64,000 bases of DNA from a virus. Positions 9,813 to 23,500 of this stretch are shown one piece after another. The notes under the pieces are model-generated. The model saw nothing but the letters and a program-made list of their open reading frames with translations, was not told the origin of the DNA and did no database searches. Both the position numbers and the translations under genes were made by a program. How positions within the stretch are numbered: position 1 is the stretch's first letter; the number at the start of each line of letters is the position of its first letter. The stretch covers positions 1 to 64,000 of IMG/VR virus record IMGVR_UViG_3300005613_000009; one strand, given 5' to 3'.

Positions 9813-11545
9813 TATGACATCTCTCCTTCCCCTGAAATAATTACCTCATGATTTAGAAAATCATAAGAGAGTGTTCTAACTCTTATGTACATGGTTGAAT
9901 CTGTTTGTAACGAAGTATCTGGCCAAGTAAACTTTTGCCCAGGAATAGGTAAATTTTCGCTGATAGGGACTCTTACTTCTCCAACATCTTTATTCATAAT
10001 ATTCAAAATATTTTGGAGAGCAGTAGAAATATTTGTTTTATTGTCGTGGTAAGGTTCAATAGACAGTTCTTGACCATAAGGAAATGATGGACCTACTATA
10101 TATGTTTCACCAGATACAAAAATATCATCTTCCAGTGTAAGTTGGATTGTTGTTACAGTAGTAACGACTGATGAAGTATCATCCTTTGTATTTTGAGCTA
10201 CCATGCCAACTGTAATTCCATCGCTGATAAAATTAGCTCCAGAATCAGAAAGTTTGTTTGTTACTGTTCCGTCGGCAGTCCCGGAAGATATTGTATATAA
10301 AGATTCAATCCAGTTGTTTGTTGTTTCTTTTATATATCTTGATGCATCGGTTTCGTTTACAAATCCATTTTCTGCCGTGTGTGTGACCCAAGTAGATTTT
10401 ATTTGGCTGATTACCTGTTGTCTGGTATATGAAGCAGTAAAAAAATCAAACTCGGTCAATATTCCTGTTGTATTATCAAGTAGCATGTCAACTAAATGAA
10501 GTATGTCGTTTTTGATATAAAAAAGATGGGTGAAAAAAGCACATAAATCTGATAAGAAATCAATTATTGGCATTTGAGAATCCGCCCAAAAGGATATTTC
10601 CGGCGAAGAAGCTCTAGCGTAAGTGGAGTCGATAGATCCGATCCCTAGCTGAGACTGTCCCCAAGTGACGGTTGATAATAAAGTAGTTTGTGATGCAGTA
10701 CCTGTCATGGTGACTGTTCCTACAGGCGAACTACTCAATGAAAAAGTTTCAGTTCCATCATCATTAATTGCTACATTTTCAATAATTGGAACACCATCAT
10801 CAAATATTGCCAAATCACCAGCAGCAGAAGCAGAGGCATGGATTGGGACTGTTTCTGAATCGTCATTTGGAAAAGCTACTGGAATTGTGAACACAGAACC
10901 AGAAGCCGAACTAATGACATGGGTTCCCGAAAAATTGACTGAACCATAAATTGTGATACTGTCCCCATTTGAAAATCCATGATCAGATGTTGTTCTTATT
11001 TGCGTTGCTACTCCGGCAGTAGCAGAACTAAAACCGATAATTCGTACCGATAAAGACGAAGAACCTAACCCCGCAAGATGATAAGTAGGTTTGCCTCCTA
11101 TGTCTTCAACTTTCAATGGTTCAACGTGGGTGACTGTGCCAAATGCTCTTGGGTATGGTACGGTATCACCCTCGTAATTAGGTCCTTCAGCCAATAACTT
11201 TTTAGTATATTTTGGGGCAAATATATCATAAGTGATCCCGATTTTATCTACATTTGTAAGATATAAATCGCCGCCAAACAATGTAACCGCCACTTCTTCT
11301 GTGTCATAGGTATATTTTATTACAGCAGAACATTGTTTGGGCGGAGGCCAATCTCCTGAAAATAGATCAGGACTAAGTACAATAGAGCCAAAACTTAATG
11401 ATGTATACCCACCATATTCTTGTGCTGTTTGGTATTGAGGTGCTGAGAATGAAACAACGTAGGGGTCATACCAATGGGTCAAGGCCAACCCCTCATCACT
11501 AATGTAATGTAATGTTCCATCAATTGTCATTTCGATTAATAACAT
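9812..11545 (-). CDS. Tail hub / baseplate-like protein
   Basis: 577 aa, directly downstream of the TMP with 1-nt overlaps on both sides; contains an inserted beta domain (HGFSNGDSITIYGS). Confidence 0.6.
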   Translation of the reverse strand: MLLIEMTIDGTLHYISDEGLALTHWYDPYVVSFSAPQYQTAQEYGGYTSLSFGSIVLSPDLFSGDWPPPKQCSAVIKYTYDTEEVAVTLFGGDLYLTNVDKIGITYDIFAPKYTKKLLAEGPNYEGDTVPYPRAFGTVTHVEPLKVEDIGGKPTYHLAGLGSSSLSVRIIGFSSATAGVATQIRTTSDHGFSNGDSITIYGSVNFSGTHVISSASGSVFTIPVAFPNDDSETVPIHASASAAGDLAIFDDGVPIIENVAINDDGTETFSLSSSPVGTVTMTGTASQTTLLSTVTWGQSQLGIGSIDSTYARASSPEISFWADSQMPIIDFLSDLCAFFTHLFYIKNDILHLVDMLLDNTTGILTEFDFFTASYTRQQVISQIKSTWVTHTAENGFVNETDASRYIKETTNNWIESLYTISSGTADGTVTNKLSDSGANFISDGITVGMVAQNTKDDTSSVVTTVTTIQLTLEDDIFVSGETYIVGPSFPYGQELSIEPYHDNKTNISTALQNILNIMNKDVGEVRVPISENLPIPGQKFTWPDTSLQTDSTMYIRVRTLSYDFLNHEVIISGEGEMS

Positions 11546-14500
11546 TATGGATATACCTTCCTGCCTTTATTATTATTAGGTCTACGTTCTACCGTGACTC
11601 GAACCTCATCAGATATCTTCTTTATTTTTGCGTCAAGTGGTTTTCCGTCAATTTCGAGAGTGATATAGATTGGACGATCCGATAATTGTTGCGGAGCCGG
11701 AGCATCGTTAACGAATTTAACCGGGATTGCTCCACCACTTAATGGAATAACTGCTTCAGTACCATGAAGTTCTACTGGATAACCAGATAAAGGACCAGAG
11801 GTAATTCCACCTTCAGCAAATTCTGGTAAACGATATTCAGCATCCTTATACCCAGTGATATCCATTTTTTTATTTAAGTTAAACGTGTTGTCATCAATAT
11901 TTTGTGAATGAGCTGCGATAATAGCAAGCCATCCCATCACCCCAAGTGTATTAATTCCAATTCTTCTGTCATATTCATCTTCCTTATATCGATTACCAAA
12001 AACGCTCCAGGAATCTCGTCTATTTGCTATCCCCATAAGCACATCAGTTGTATTATTCCCGTACCAAGATCCTTGGATATTTTCTCCGGTTAATTTATCT
12101 AGGTTAGTTAAATCGTTTGTATTTTCTTCAATGGCTCTTAAATGGGTGACATATGTAAGAATTCCACTTAATAATCCTAATACCCCAAGAGTACCAATTG
12201 GAGTGTTGTAAAGGTTTGAAGTTTCATCTTTCCATTTTTCACCCAAGCCAGTATAGTAAGCAGTTGATCCAAGCCGATCTAAATCGAAGTCTCCTGGTCC
12301 AAACGTATTAACTGATGCATCTAAAGAACCGCCAGTTACATAAACTTTCAATGCTGCATCTTTAAATTGGATCTTATCTAAAAAACCGTTTTTAAGCGTA
12401 TTTGTATTATCGTCAGCACCTTGGGTATTTGTTTCTATATCTTCTAAAATATCATTTGTTTCATCCATATCAACAGAAACAGATGCTGTCGTTTTTAAAG
12501 CATGATCCTCAAATTCAAATGATGAAAGATAAGCCCCAGTACTACCATCTCCAGTCCCAAGTTTATCTTCAATGCCTGAAAGATGCCTGGAAAAAGCCAG
12601 AATACCAGCAAGAAGACCTTCTGGTCCCAATTGTTCCATTGTTTTGGTGTATGGACTGCCAGATGAAAGCCACATATTATTCATATTTGAAAACGTAGTA
12701 TTTTCAAATTGTCTTGCTCCAGTGATGGCATTTATATCTTCATACCCTTCAGGTACTTCAAAACCGCCCCAAGATCGACTTAATTCTGCAAAATCCACAT
12801 AGTCAGATCCTAAGAAATCAGTCAAACGCCAAATGTTTTCTTCAATACCAATAAGCAAACCTGCTATGTTCCACCATAGTTTTAATTCTTGGGCGTCTTC
12901 TGCTGTTGTTGTTTCGAAAGTGATATCACTACTTTCAATATTTACGTCTAAAGTAATATCACTACTTGCAATATTTACATCTAATTCTGTTGGGAAATTT
13001 ACTGTTAAATCCCCTGAAACTTCTAAAGCACCACTATCATCAAATTTTAAAGTTTCAATTAGTCCATCGATGTCTTCTTTGAAATTATTTGTGTCTGTAA
13101 TCCAAGTATCTGAATTTATGTAATCACTTATATCAGGATAATTGAAATACCCAGCAGTAGATCCGATATCTTGGTATTGCCCAGCAATATATCCAGCAAG
13201 AACAGCCGTATTTTGAAGTATTCCTAATAACAGCCCAACAGAAGTTGCGTTCAATCTTTCGATACCTGAAAGATGGGTAACATAAGTAAGAACTCCACTC
13301 AAAAGCCCTGTGATGCCAAGTTCTTTTAGATTTCTTTCCCAGACTTCTGAACTTACATCCAACCATTCTAATCCTAACCCATACACACTAATAGGATCAC
13401 GCATATTAGGTGTAGCAGAACCGAATCCCATCCCAAGTTCATCATAAGCACCATCAGGTAGTGTAACTTTTAAATAACCATCGTTATCAAAAGTAAAATC
13501 TCCCCCAAAAGTTCCTGAAACTTCTAAAGCTCCATCGTTATCAAAAGTAAAACCTCCGGCACCTTCAATAGCATCAGGACCATTAGAAGCGGTTGGATTT
13601 ATGAAAGTCCACGCTTCACTTAGTTTGTCCCAATTAACATAATCAGCACCAAGAAATTCATTTAGTCTCCAAATATTTTCTTCTATTCCTATTAACAATC
13701 CAACTATATCACTTGTATAATCAAGGAGAGATCGCATTGCTTCCATTAAATCTCCATTGCCTTCAACAGCATCAGTGCCAGCAGAAGAAGTTGGATTTAT
13801 GAAATCCCATGCTTCACTTAATTTTTCCCAATTAACATAATCAGCACCAAGAAATTTATTTAGCCTCCAAGCATTTTCTTCTACACCTATTAATAATCCA
13901 ACCATATCATTTGTGTAATCAAGGAGTGATTGCATTACTTCCATCAGATCTTCATTCAAATGTTCAATTGCTCTAATGATATCAGTATCCAAATCTTCAG
14001 GGGGTTCTGGAGGATCAGGATCTGGTGGAGGAATGGGAGGTGGATCTGCCACTTGTTCTAATGCAGCAAGACGAGCTTCAATCCATTGTGCTACTGTTTC
14101 AAATTGAGATTCGATTGCATCCAAATTGAGGACTAAATCATCATGTATCCCTGATAATTCATCATAGATTAATTGATCGTAGTCTCCGGCTTTTAGTGCC
14201 GTACGCATTTCTTCTAAGTCAGACATTACGCCAGCATAAATATCTTGATAAGCTTGTGAGGACTTAAATTCAGCTTGGGCTTGCTCTAAATAAGTGGAAG
14301 CAAAAGAAATAAATTTTTCAATTGCTGTAGCATCACCAGCTTGAGCAGCCGCATATAATGTTGCATAATCTGATCTGGCTTCCTCAAATTTACTTCTGGG
14401 CAGGTTGACATTAAGATTGCTATATTTAATGCTTTGGATAGTGGAATCTATACTATCGACAAGAGAAGTAATCCTGTCAGCTACTTGTTGCCATAATTGT

Positions 14501-17500
14501 AGCACAGATGTTTCTTCTGCTATCCGTTCCTGTACCCATACATCAAGAAGCTCTGACATTTCAAGCAGGTCACCTGGAAGCATCATAGAAGGTACGTTGG
14601 GATCACCCTGAATATCCATAATCTTTTGCCACGTATATTCGGCCTGTGTCCCACCTGCTTTTTCAAAAGCCGCAAGATCAAATTGTTCACGAATTTTTTC
14701 TAAGTTAGCCCTAATCTGTTCAGCGGATGTCTCTAATTCTTGCCCGGCAATTTCAAATGCATCTGCGAGCCATAAAACGTCTTCTGAAATTTCTGAGACA
14801 GTAACTCCCCACCTGTTGGCATTTTCCAACATGGTGTCGTAGTCATCACTAATAAATTGTTCGACTAATGCTCTTACCCAGTCTTCTGAAAGTCCACCCC
14901 TTTCTAAACCATATTTGTCTTCAAGCCTTGCAATTTTCCCTTCTTTTTCTGTTCCTGATAATTGCCATTGCGCTTCTTCAAATGCAGCCATTTCAACATT
15001 CTTTGCTTCAAATGCATCGGCAATACTATTAATATAACCAATAAGATCAGTAACAGACATATTTAATTCATCAGCCCACGCTTGAACACTTTCTGGAGAT
15101 TCGTTAAATCTATCAATAATGTCTTTGAATGAATCCATATTCAGATCGCCTGGTTCAAGGTTTAATTGCTCTTCCAACAAAGCTAATTCGTGTTGCCAAC
15201 CTGATTTACCAGACAAATCCCATTGTGCTTGCCTGATCATATTTATTTCAGCACCTGCCTGATCAAAGGCATCAGTGAGTTCAAAAATAGCGGCAATAAG
15301 CTCATCGACTGTCATTCCTAATGATTTAGCCCATGCTTTGACTTCATCTGTATCCGATTCAAGGAATTTCTCTTTAATATTCGCAATATCATCTAAACTA
15401 ATATCCCCTGGTTGAAAACCAAGTTTTCTTTCCATAGAAGCAATTTTTTCTTGCCACGAATCGCCCATTCCAAGCAATTCATTTTGTGCATCAATAATGG
15501 ATTCAGTTTCTGCAGCAGCTTCATCAAAAGCATCGGAAAGAGCAAGAATATCATTAATAAGTTGGGTAAGAGGAACATCAAAATCGTCTGCCATCTTTTG
15601 CAAGTCGTCTTGACTCATATTAAGGAAACCTTTTTTGATTTGGTCCCAATAATCTTCATCAATCGAACCTCTCGTTAATCCGTATCTGTCCTCAATTTTA
15701 TTAATTGATTTTTGCCATTCAGGGCTATCATCATAAGTCCCACGAATTTTATCTTGAGCATCAATAAAGGCTTGAGCCTCTGCGTCGGCAGCATCAAAGG
15801 CGTCTGAAAGAGCAAGAATATCTGCTATAAGCTGGTCAATAGAAACCCCAAAATCGTCTGCCATTTTTTGTAGCTCATCTTCGTCCATATCAAGAAAACC
15901 AGCTTTGATTTGGTCCCAATAATCTTCATCAATCGAGCCTTTTGTTAATCCGTATCTACTTTCAATTTTATTGATTGATTTTTGCCAATCAGGGGTATTA
16001 TCATCTATTCCACGAATTTTATCCTTTGCATCTTCTATGCGCTGTGCTTGATCTGCCAAATCTTCAAAATATTCAATTAAAAATGCTATATCACCAACTA
16101 CATCCTGCCAGTCCAACCCAAGAGACTTTGCATAGGCTTTCAGTTCATCTAAATCCATGGTTTTAAAAGCATCTGGTAAATCTTCAAGCGTTAATCCCCA
16201 ATGCTCCATAGCATCTTTATAACGGTCTGAGATTTCATCAATTCTTAGATTCTTGCCATAATCATCGCCAAAAAGACCCATTTGTGCTTTAAGGACTTCG
16301 AGTTGTTTCCTTTCCATAGCATTGAAGGCTTCTGTTGCTGCTTCCATGTCAGCAATTTCTTTTCTTAGTTTTGCTATTTCTGCAGCAGTTCCAGTCCCTG
16401 AGTCTTCAAGATCTCTGAGTTCATCGTTAAGATACCGTATTGCTTCTTCAAAATCACCAACACCGATATCAGCCATAATATCTCTTACTCGTTGGATTTC
16501 TTCTTCAGAACCAGTACTTTGCATTAAATCAGACAATCTGTCTTCAAAAATTGTTATATTCCCCTCAAAAGTATCCAGCCATGTTAATATACTATTAAGA
16601 TATGCGACATCCTCATTTGTTAAGTTCCATTTGCTAGTAGCACCACTTAGTGTCTTATTAATTTTTTCTCTATATGTTTCTACTGCCCCAGTAATATTTC
16701 CGAGTGCGGTAACAAGTTCTTCGTTTGACATATCTGTTACTTCGGAAACAAATTCCTCTAATCTATACGCTAAACCACTTGCAGCATCCCCAACACCTTT
16801 AAGCTCGTATATAAGATAACCATATTCGTCTCTTCTTAAACCAGCAATTTGTTTGTTTATTTGAGTGATATCATTCGCAAATTGGTGTGACATATCAGCT
16901 TTTAGTAAATCAAAATCTAACTCATTGCCTTTTGGTTTTAAAAGAGCGTCAAGAATATTCTGAAAATGTTCGATTGCACTATCTGTTTTACCAGATGCCA
17001 AATCTTCAAGGATGCCATTAAGTTCTTTAGCTTCATCCGATACTTCCTTCAATGAAGCTTTGAGTTTTTTCCATGCAGTGTGCCATTCAGATGTTTCAGA
17101 TGGATCGCCAATCCAATCTTTGATCTCAAATCCTTTTGGCATTCCTTCATAATCTAATCCTGCTTCAGGTAAAAGTTCACTTATTTTTGCATATGTAAAT
17201 TGACCAGCTTCTTTGAATATTTCGTCAAAAGCTTCAAATACTTTTACAAGTTGATCTTCTAAAGATGAAGTTTTATTCAATAAACTATTTAAAGTTTTTG
17301 TTATTGTCTCAAAAAGAAAATCTACAAACTCATTGATTTGTCTCTCGATCGCATCATTACGTTTTTCTTCAAGATCTGTTATTTTTGATAAATCAACACC
17401 TTGTTCTTCAAGCATTTCCAAGTATGCATCAAATTGACCATTTATAGAAGCAATGAGTTTGTCAAGCGTTGTCATAGGAGAAGTTAGTTCATCGAGATCA

Positions 17501-20500
17501 ATGCCTTCAGAAAGGTCTTTAGTTATACTCTTCAATTTGTCAGCTATTTCTTCGTCTGTCATTTCTTTGCCAAACTCTTTCATTTTTTCAACAAAAGAAT
17601 CCAGTTGAGCTTGGGCAGTAGCTGTGACTTTTTCAAGTTGGGTGTAATCAACAGCGTCTTCCCCGTAAATAAATCTATTAAAATCATCCCATATTATTTT
17701 TGCTTTACGCATTTTCTCTGAATTTTCACCAAATGCTTCTCCAAAGGCGTCAATATCATTTATAAACGATTCGAGGTCCGCATTATTAATTGCATCTTGG
17801 ATTTCATCAGTCATAAATTCAAACATATCATGACCTTTTAATCCAGATACCGCTTCTTCTACATATTTCTCAAAATACTTTCCGATAATTTTACTAATAG
17901 CCTGAAGAGCAGTGTCGAATTCTTTAACACCAAATGAATCAACCATTTTAGTAGAGTACTGATTGGTAGGCACTGTTGCGCTTTGATAATTTAGAGAATC
18001 AAATGGATTTGGGGCAAACTTTCCAAGAGCTGCTGTTGAATATAAACGTGCTCCATCATTAGCAGTTTTCGACATAAGAAGCCTTAATTCATCAAAATCA
18101 GCAAATGTTTCTCTTAATTCTGCTTGTGATTTTTTACTAATATTTCTGAAAATTCCATTGTAAGTATCTGTAACAGCTTGTATCTGTTTTCCAATTTGCC
18201 CCGCTAATAAATTTTGGACATCAGCAGGATTCCACCCGCCATTAATCGTATATAAATCATTAAGCATAATTTCAAACAGTGCATTGGGGTCATATTCTGG
18301 TGATGAATATTCAGGAACTTTCATAGATGATCTTGTTATCAATTCTGATGGATGGTTGGCTTGACTTTCAGAAAATTTCATGTGGGTAAATAAAACAGCC
18401 ATAGCAATTGCCAATGGCGGCATTATTTCCGCTAATAATGCACCCGTAGTAAGCCCTGCTCCTTCTGCTGCAGTTGCCCCACCAGATATTGTGCTTAACG
18501 TTGATATTCCTTCTAATGTAAGAGTACCAAGCTCATCGGTTGCTACCTTTGTTATAGCTTGTTCAACAGCAATATCGGCAGCAGCTTTAGATGCCGTTGT
18601 AATTAATCCTGAGAGTAATCCACTTTCGTTATCAAAGACAATGTTGCCAAGTTCCATCATTGCCCATTCTTTTATCATTTTAGCAACAGTTTTGATAAGA
18701 TCGTCCAGCATCTCTTCAAGCATTTCATTCCATAAATCCCCAATATCGTCAAAATCCCCTTTTAATACTTTAACAACGGTTTCTTCAAATGCGTCGCCAA
18801 TCATTTCAAAGCTTTCATAACCAAGTTGACCAATATCTTCGTAAAAATGTTTAAAATCATTTTTCATTTCAGAAAGGTAGGCTGCTACACCACCAAATAA
18901 CCCACCGGATTTTTTCCAAGTGTCTTGGTCTATTTTAAGTTGCTCTTGTGCTAACCACTCATTTAAAAGTGCTAAATCTTTTTTTTGTTGTTCGTTGTAT
19001 TGTTGGTTGGCTTTAAGTTTTAACCCAAGGGCTTCTTTATATTTTTCGTATTCGTTTGCTATTATTTCTTTTTGTAATGCATAATAATCACCGGAAACTT
19101 TTGAAAGATCGGAATATAACGATTTCATAGCTTGAAGTTTGTCGTTGCGGTATTTTTTCCCTGAGTCAGCTTTCTTTTTATCCAGCTTTTTCATTGCAGC
19201 CGTAAAAGCCAATTCAAGTGCATAGATAGCTTCATATTCAGATGTGATACCTTTTTCCATCAACTCTTTTTTATCTGCTATGAACTTTTCGCTATCTTCC
19301 AACTTTTTCTTATCCAGCTCTTTCATTGCAGCTATAAAAGCCAATTCAAGTGCGTAGATAGCTTCATCTTCAGATGTGATGCCTTTCTCTATTAACTTTT
19401 TCTTATCTGTTATAAACTTTTCCCTATCTTCTAATTTTTTCTTATCCAACGCCTTCATTGCAGCCATAAAAACCAATTCAAGTGCGTAAACAGCTTTATA
19501 CTCAGCCATTATTCCTGTTTCAGTTAATTTCTTCCGATCAGCCAAGAACTTTTCTCTATCTTCTAGTTTTTTCTTATCCAATGCCTTCATTGCAGCTATA
19601 AAAGCCAACTCAAGTGCGTAGATAGCTTCATGTTCAGATGTGATGCCTTTTTCCATTAACTTTTTCTTATCTGCCGTGAATTTTTCAACATCTTTTAATT
19701 TTTTCTTATCCAATGCCTTCATTGCAGCTATAAAAGCCAACTCAAGTTCGTAAACAGCTTCATATTCAGATGTGATGCCTTTTTCCATCAACTTTTTCTT
19801 ATCTGCCGTGAATTTTTCAGCATCTTTTAATTTTTTCTTATCCAGCTCTTTCATTGCAGTTATAAAAGCCAATTCAAGTGCATAGACGGCTTCATTCTCA
19901 GATGTGATGCCTTTCTCTATTAACTTTTTCTTATTTGCTGTAAACTTCTCCCTATCTTCTAACTTTTTCTTATCCAATGCCTTCATTGCAGCCGTAAAAG
20001 CCAATTCAAGTGCATAGATAGCTTCATATTCAGATGTGATACCTTTTTCCATCAACTTTTTCTTATCTGCCGTGAATTTTTCAACATCTTCTAACTTTTT
20101 CTTATCCAATACCTTCATTGCAGCTATAAAAGCCAGCTCAAGTGCGTAAACAGCCTTATGCTCAGATGTGATACCTTTTTCCATCAACTTTTTCTTATCT
20201 GCCGTGAATTTTTCAGCATCTTTTAATTTTTTCTTATCCAGCTCTTTCATTGCTTTATCAAATTCAAGTATAAGCTTATTTACGGCTTTATCTTCTGCTG
20301 ACATACCTACTTCTAATAATTTTACAGTATCATCATATTCTTTTTTCCATAGATCAACTTTAAATTTTATATACTTTTTTGCTGCTTCTGAATCCAGATC
20401 ATAAGCTTTACCCCACAACTTCAAAAATTCTTGGGTTACTTGTTGTGTGTAATCTTCGATTTTTTTCAATCGTTTTATTTCTGGCAAATTCTGTTCTTTT

Positions 20501-23500
20501 TCTGGAAGTAACTCATACCATTTATATACATCTATTTTTTTTGTTTCTTTTTCTATTTCCTTATACATTCTTTTTAGTATTAAAAGGTATGATTTTGAAT
20601 ATTTTTCAACAAGGTCTAATCTATCAATGTAAGATTTTTTAATTTTGTCAATTTGTGATTTAAGAATTTGTTTCTCATTATTGTTATATATACTACTTAT
20701 TTTATCTTGTATTTTTTGTTCGCTTGTTACACGTAGATCATAGATTTGAGCGAATGTACTCTTTGCATGGCTTAAGTATGCATTGTACAATTCGAGATTT
20801 GCTTTTTTTAAATCTTCATGAAAACTTACCCAATTATTAGTGAATTTTTTTAAGGCCTGATATCTTACAACAAATTCATCACCAGAATATTTTATCATTA
20901 CACCAAGATTTCTAATTCGTGTTGCCTCTAAAGCCTTTATCTGATTCTCAAGATTTAAAGCCTCTTTTTGTTTTGCAAGTTCTTTTTCAATTTCTATATT
21001 AATTTCTTTGTGATCAGATAGTATATAGCCAAGTATCGTATGAAAAGCTTCTAATCCTGGAATACCATTGAGATAACCTAAGAAACTTGTTTTTTCCTTG
21101 CCCACTTTGGCATATTCTTGTAAATCAGAGAAAAAAAGAACAACTTTTGAGATTTTTTCAATGAGTTCTGCAAAAGATTTTCCTATCGCAAGAAGTCCAT
21201 CTTCATTTTCTTTGACCCACCATTTAAATTTTTCAATTGCTTCTATTATTTGTTCGTTATATGTTTCGAAAAACTCTAGATTCATATCACCGATTGTGTT
21301 TTTCAACATTTTAAGTGCATCATCTAGTGATTTGATCTTATCATGGCTTTCAGACTTTTCCCATTTTTCCTGTAACGATTCAACAGCTTCAGCAGCACTT
21401 TGTCCAGCCTTCATATAATTACGTAGTGCTTTTACTGCTTCCTGTGCTGATATAGTTGTTGTTCGGCCAAATATCCTTGAAACTTCACCAAGAGCCTTAA
21501 TTTCTTTAACAGTCAAATCGAAATGTTGTTGTAGATTATCTAGTGATCGTGCCCATCCCATAAAATGTGTTACGATTTGGGATGCCCATCTGGCTAAATA
21601 TTGGAACACAAATATTGTTGCAGCAAAACCGGACATGTAAACACTAATTTTAGCGAATGTGTTATTAAATAGCTGTTGCGCTTTGTTTGCCTTTATGATC
21701 TGGCCATGTAACCGGCCATATGCACCTTCCATATTTTTTATATTTTTCTGGTGGTTCTTTAAGTGGCGAGTGAAATCTTCAGCTTCTTTAGTGTTTAGGC
21801 CAAAAGCCGCTTTGGAAAATTTTCCCATTTTCTTGTATGAATATCCGAATTTATCCATTTCGGCTGTAGCAATACGTATTAGCTGTCCATGTTTTTCCCA
21901 TTTTTTGACAGTTTCTTTGTCAGCAATATTTTCAGCTCCGTATTTTCGCATTTGTTCCGTAAACTTTTTTAAAGAAATATTGCCTTGGTCATATTGTTTG
22001 ATGAGTTTATTGACTTTATCTGAATTTGATTGATGCGCATGCACTGTTTCTTTTTCTGCTTTTGTTTGAGCATTTAACCTTTTTGTCACTTTATCTGAAG
22101 CAGTATCTAATTCTTTTTGTCGCTGAACGATTTGACCCATTGTTGAGTCATATTCTTTTTGAGAAATTGTACCGTTTTCAAGTTGTTTAGTAAGACGAGT
22201 GATTCCACGAGATAACTCTATTCTGCCAGCTTCTGCAAATTTATTAACAGAAACAGATTCTTGCATCACTTTATTGCTACTCATCTGTTTTTCAACAAGT
22301 TGATGCACAAACGTTTTATATGATTTAGTCTGGTTTGAAAGTTTTCCAAGTTGTGTATAATTTTGTTTTAAAAGGGCGATCCGATTTTTTTCTTCTGCTT
22401 GAAGTTTGGTGCAAATAGATGTACCCTCTTTTTGAACCCGATGAAGATTCTTTGTTTGAATTAGTCCTTTTTCTTCAATCTTATTTAAATCGTTTAATGA
22501 AAGAATCCTTTTTTTATCAAGGCTGATCATTTCCTGTGTATTCGAATTTACCTGTTCTAATCCCTGTCTGTGTTTTGCAGACATTTTGCTGAATGAACTT
22601 GAAAAGCTATCCCAAGCATTACTCTGTTTGCTGATTTTATTGGCACCTTCAGCTAATTGTTTTAGATATTCCCTATTTGAAACAAGATGCTTTTTTTCAG
22701 CTCGGTTGGTATTTGTTAAAACAGTAATTCTTTTCTGGCCCGCTGTTGTCCAAGCATTAACCATTTTTTGTGTATCTACTATCGTTTCTTTAGTTGTTCG
22801 CTGTCTGTTAGTAGACATCTTACTGTATATTTTATTAAAATTTTGCCATTGATCTGCTTCTCGATTGATTGCAGACGCATTTTTAAGAGATTGAGTCCAT
22901 TCTTCTTTGCTTAATGCTTGGCTTTCTTTTTTAGTCCGATGAAGATTTTTCAGTGTAATTAATTCTTTTTCTTCTATTTTATTAGCATTGTTTAGAGAAA
23001 CAATTCGATTTTTGGCAGAAGAAGTCCAGGCCTTCTCCTGTTCTACGATATTTGCGATTGCATTTCGTGTTTTTTCTAGTTGTTGAGATTGGGCCTTTTC
23101 TGGGATCAGAACCATATCTGAAACAGATAATGATTTTTGCGGTAAGAGTAAGGTTTTTTGAGCTCTTTTAAGTTCTTCAACTTGTCTTGTTGCTACTTGA
23201 ACTTTTCTAATAAAAGAATTAAAAAACTTGTTCCATGCATTAGTTGCTCTTTCTGCTTCAGTCGCTATTGCCTTAAGCTCTAATGAAAGCTGTTGTTGCT
23301 TTGTTAGACTCATTTTACTTAGGCGTGTATATGCTTTTTCAAACGCTTTTAGTTGTTCTGTTGCATAAATGTACGACTTTCCAATTTTTTTATTGTATTC
23401 AGGTAAAAGTCCAGCTTTTACAGCGTTTGACTCAACTTGACGTAATTTTTGAAATCCACCCATTAGTTGTTGGGATGCTTCCAGTACTTCTTTCAGTTCT

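Noticed and set aside
19178-20270. CRISPR-like array
   Set aside because: The units are contiguous, in-frame 132-bp coding repeats with no unique spacers.
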